From Azolla caroliniana (taxonomy: Eukaryota; Plantae; Polypodiophyta), in the NCBI GenBank assembly GCA_043228905.1, contig JBHGNT010000014.1:20026001-20090000 (forward strand): a stretch of DNA of 64,000 bases, in the 5' to 3' direction. Below are positions 62,706 through 64,000 of this stretch, one piece after another (positions within the stretch are counted from its first letter, which is position 1; each line of letters opens with the position of its first letter). The notes under the pieces were generated by a model that worked only from the letters and a program-made list of their open reading frames with translations, was not told where the DNA came from and did no database searches. The position numbers and the translations under genes were made by a program.

Positions 62706-64000
62706 AGGGGGAGTTTGTTGGGATTTACGGTCCCTCCGGATGGGATGTCCGGAGATGAATGACGGCAAGCCCGGTTGCGGTTACGGAACCGGATGATGAC
62801 GAAGACCCGGCTACGGAGCCGGATGCTGAAGACACCGGTTACGGAGCCGGATGACGAAGACCCGGCTACGGAGCCGGATGCTGAAGACCCCGGTTACGGA
62901 GCCGGATGACGAAGACCCGGCTACGGAGCCGGATGCTGAAGACCCCGGTTACGGAGCCGGATGACGCATGTACCCGGAGAGAGATCCGGATGCGGGGACA
63001 TATTTGTGAATATGTTTGCCAAGGGCCCTCGAGGCTATATTTGTAAATAGCCCGAAAGTCATATGGGTATAAATATGACTTAGGGCAAACAGTTTAAATG
63101 TTGCTGCTCATTTTCTGTTTTCCACTTAGAGGGAGCGAAGTGAGAGCAGCCGAGAGAGAGAGAGAGAGAGAGACGAAGAGGTCGTTGCCTCTGTGTAGTA
63201 CCGCCGCCTGTGGCGAAGACAGTGAGCTCAAGGTTGTTGCCTTGAAGCCTCACCATTGTACATCCCTGTTCATAGTGATAGTTGGAGTTTGAGGACTCCC
63301 GTGGTTTTTCCCATTTAGGGTTTTCCACGTAAAATATCTAGTGTACCTTTCTCTCTATTGTCCTCGTGCACTTTGTATTTCCCGTTTTCTTGGAGTTGAT
63401 CCTATTCCTCGGTTGTGGCCGAGCACTGTTTTTCAACAGGATCTACAATCCACTTACTACATGTATACGCGAGCACTTGAATAGCCATGTTCACTAGTGT
63501 TGGTTCCGCATTGTCTCACAACTTGTGGCATTGGATCCTATTGGGTGTTTCCTTGACTCTTGGAATCAAGGAACCCTCCTCATTGCCTATCCACTTCTCC
63601 ATTGTCGTCCTTGGACTAGTAACTTCCCCACGTAGTAGAGCGTTCATAATTTCAAATCTCATAGTCCATTCGCCCTTGATTCCATGCAGTAGGTTGGTTT
63701 GATCCTGTCATGGCAATGCCATGAGCCGCCTCCGACATTCTATGCTCTTTGATGGACCTTTTGCAATGCTTCCCCACAACAACCCCTTACTTGATCCAAT
63801 TAGTTTATCTAATTCATCTCAGATACATGGGTTTCACAAGATGCATTGATTGAGTTAGGCAAGTTCAAAGTTAGGTTGACCGCATGTGAGCCCTCTTCTT
63901 ATGTCACACCACACCTTCTACATGGATGCACTGAATCTATCCTCCAATTGGCGTGAGAATCTTGGTTTGAGACCCATGTTTAGAATCCATCCCATCTGAG

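Larger units (their letters stand above)
57933..63438 (+). mobile_element. Young full-length Ty1/Copia LTR retrotransposon (Tork/Tnt1-like)
   Basis: LTRs 57933-58600 (668 bp) and 62716-63438 (723 bp), TGTTG...CAACA, 5-bp TSD GGATC (57928-57932, 63439-63443), PBS TGGTATCAGAGC (tRNA-iMet, 58604-58615), PPT GAAGGGGGAG (62704-62713); 4 substitutions and one 55-bp indel between LTRs. Confidence 0.98.
57000..64000 (-). mobile_element. Decayed L1 3' region split by the Copia insertion (~57000-57927 and 63444-64000)
   Basis: TLWTIWK (~57240), WKQQAKRITTFQWLLIHRSL (~57590-57660), RWNPLQWTW (~57835-57860) parallel the other L1 copies; outer boundaries approximate. Confidence 0.6.

Overview
Eukaryotic (land-plant, most likely fern/non-seed plant) nuclear DNA. 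The first 19 kb hold two intact, convergently transcribed multi-exon genes: a cyclic-nucleotide-gated Ca2+ channel (CNGC, + strand, 7 exons, 677 aa) and an LRR-VIII-1 receptor kinase of the HPCA1/CARD1 type (- strand, 18 coding exons, 977 aa), separated by a dead RTEX-like LINE. The remaining ~45 kb is a nested transposon pile: a hAT MITE with 8-bp TSD; a young Ylt1-like Ty3/Gypsy element (tRNA-Trp PBS, 4-bp TSD, -1 frameshift site between gag-pro and pol) plus two related solo LTRs; a decayed Tcn1/Tf1-type self-priming Gypsy; a full-length decayed L1 with a tRNA-like 5' head that has received three retro-insertions, two of them (a PPR-gene retrocopy and an L1 3' fragment) at the same target site; a young non-chromovirus Gypsy with a large coiled-coil extra ORF inside the PPR retrocopy; and an intact Tork/Tnt1-like Copia. 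The young LTR elements are strikingly CCGG-rich. All calls were made by eye from the sequence and ORF track; lineage names are motif-based inferences, not database results.
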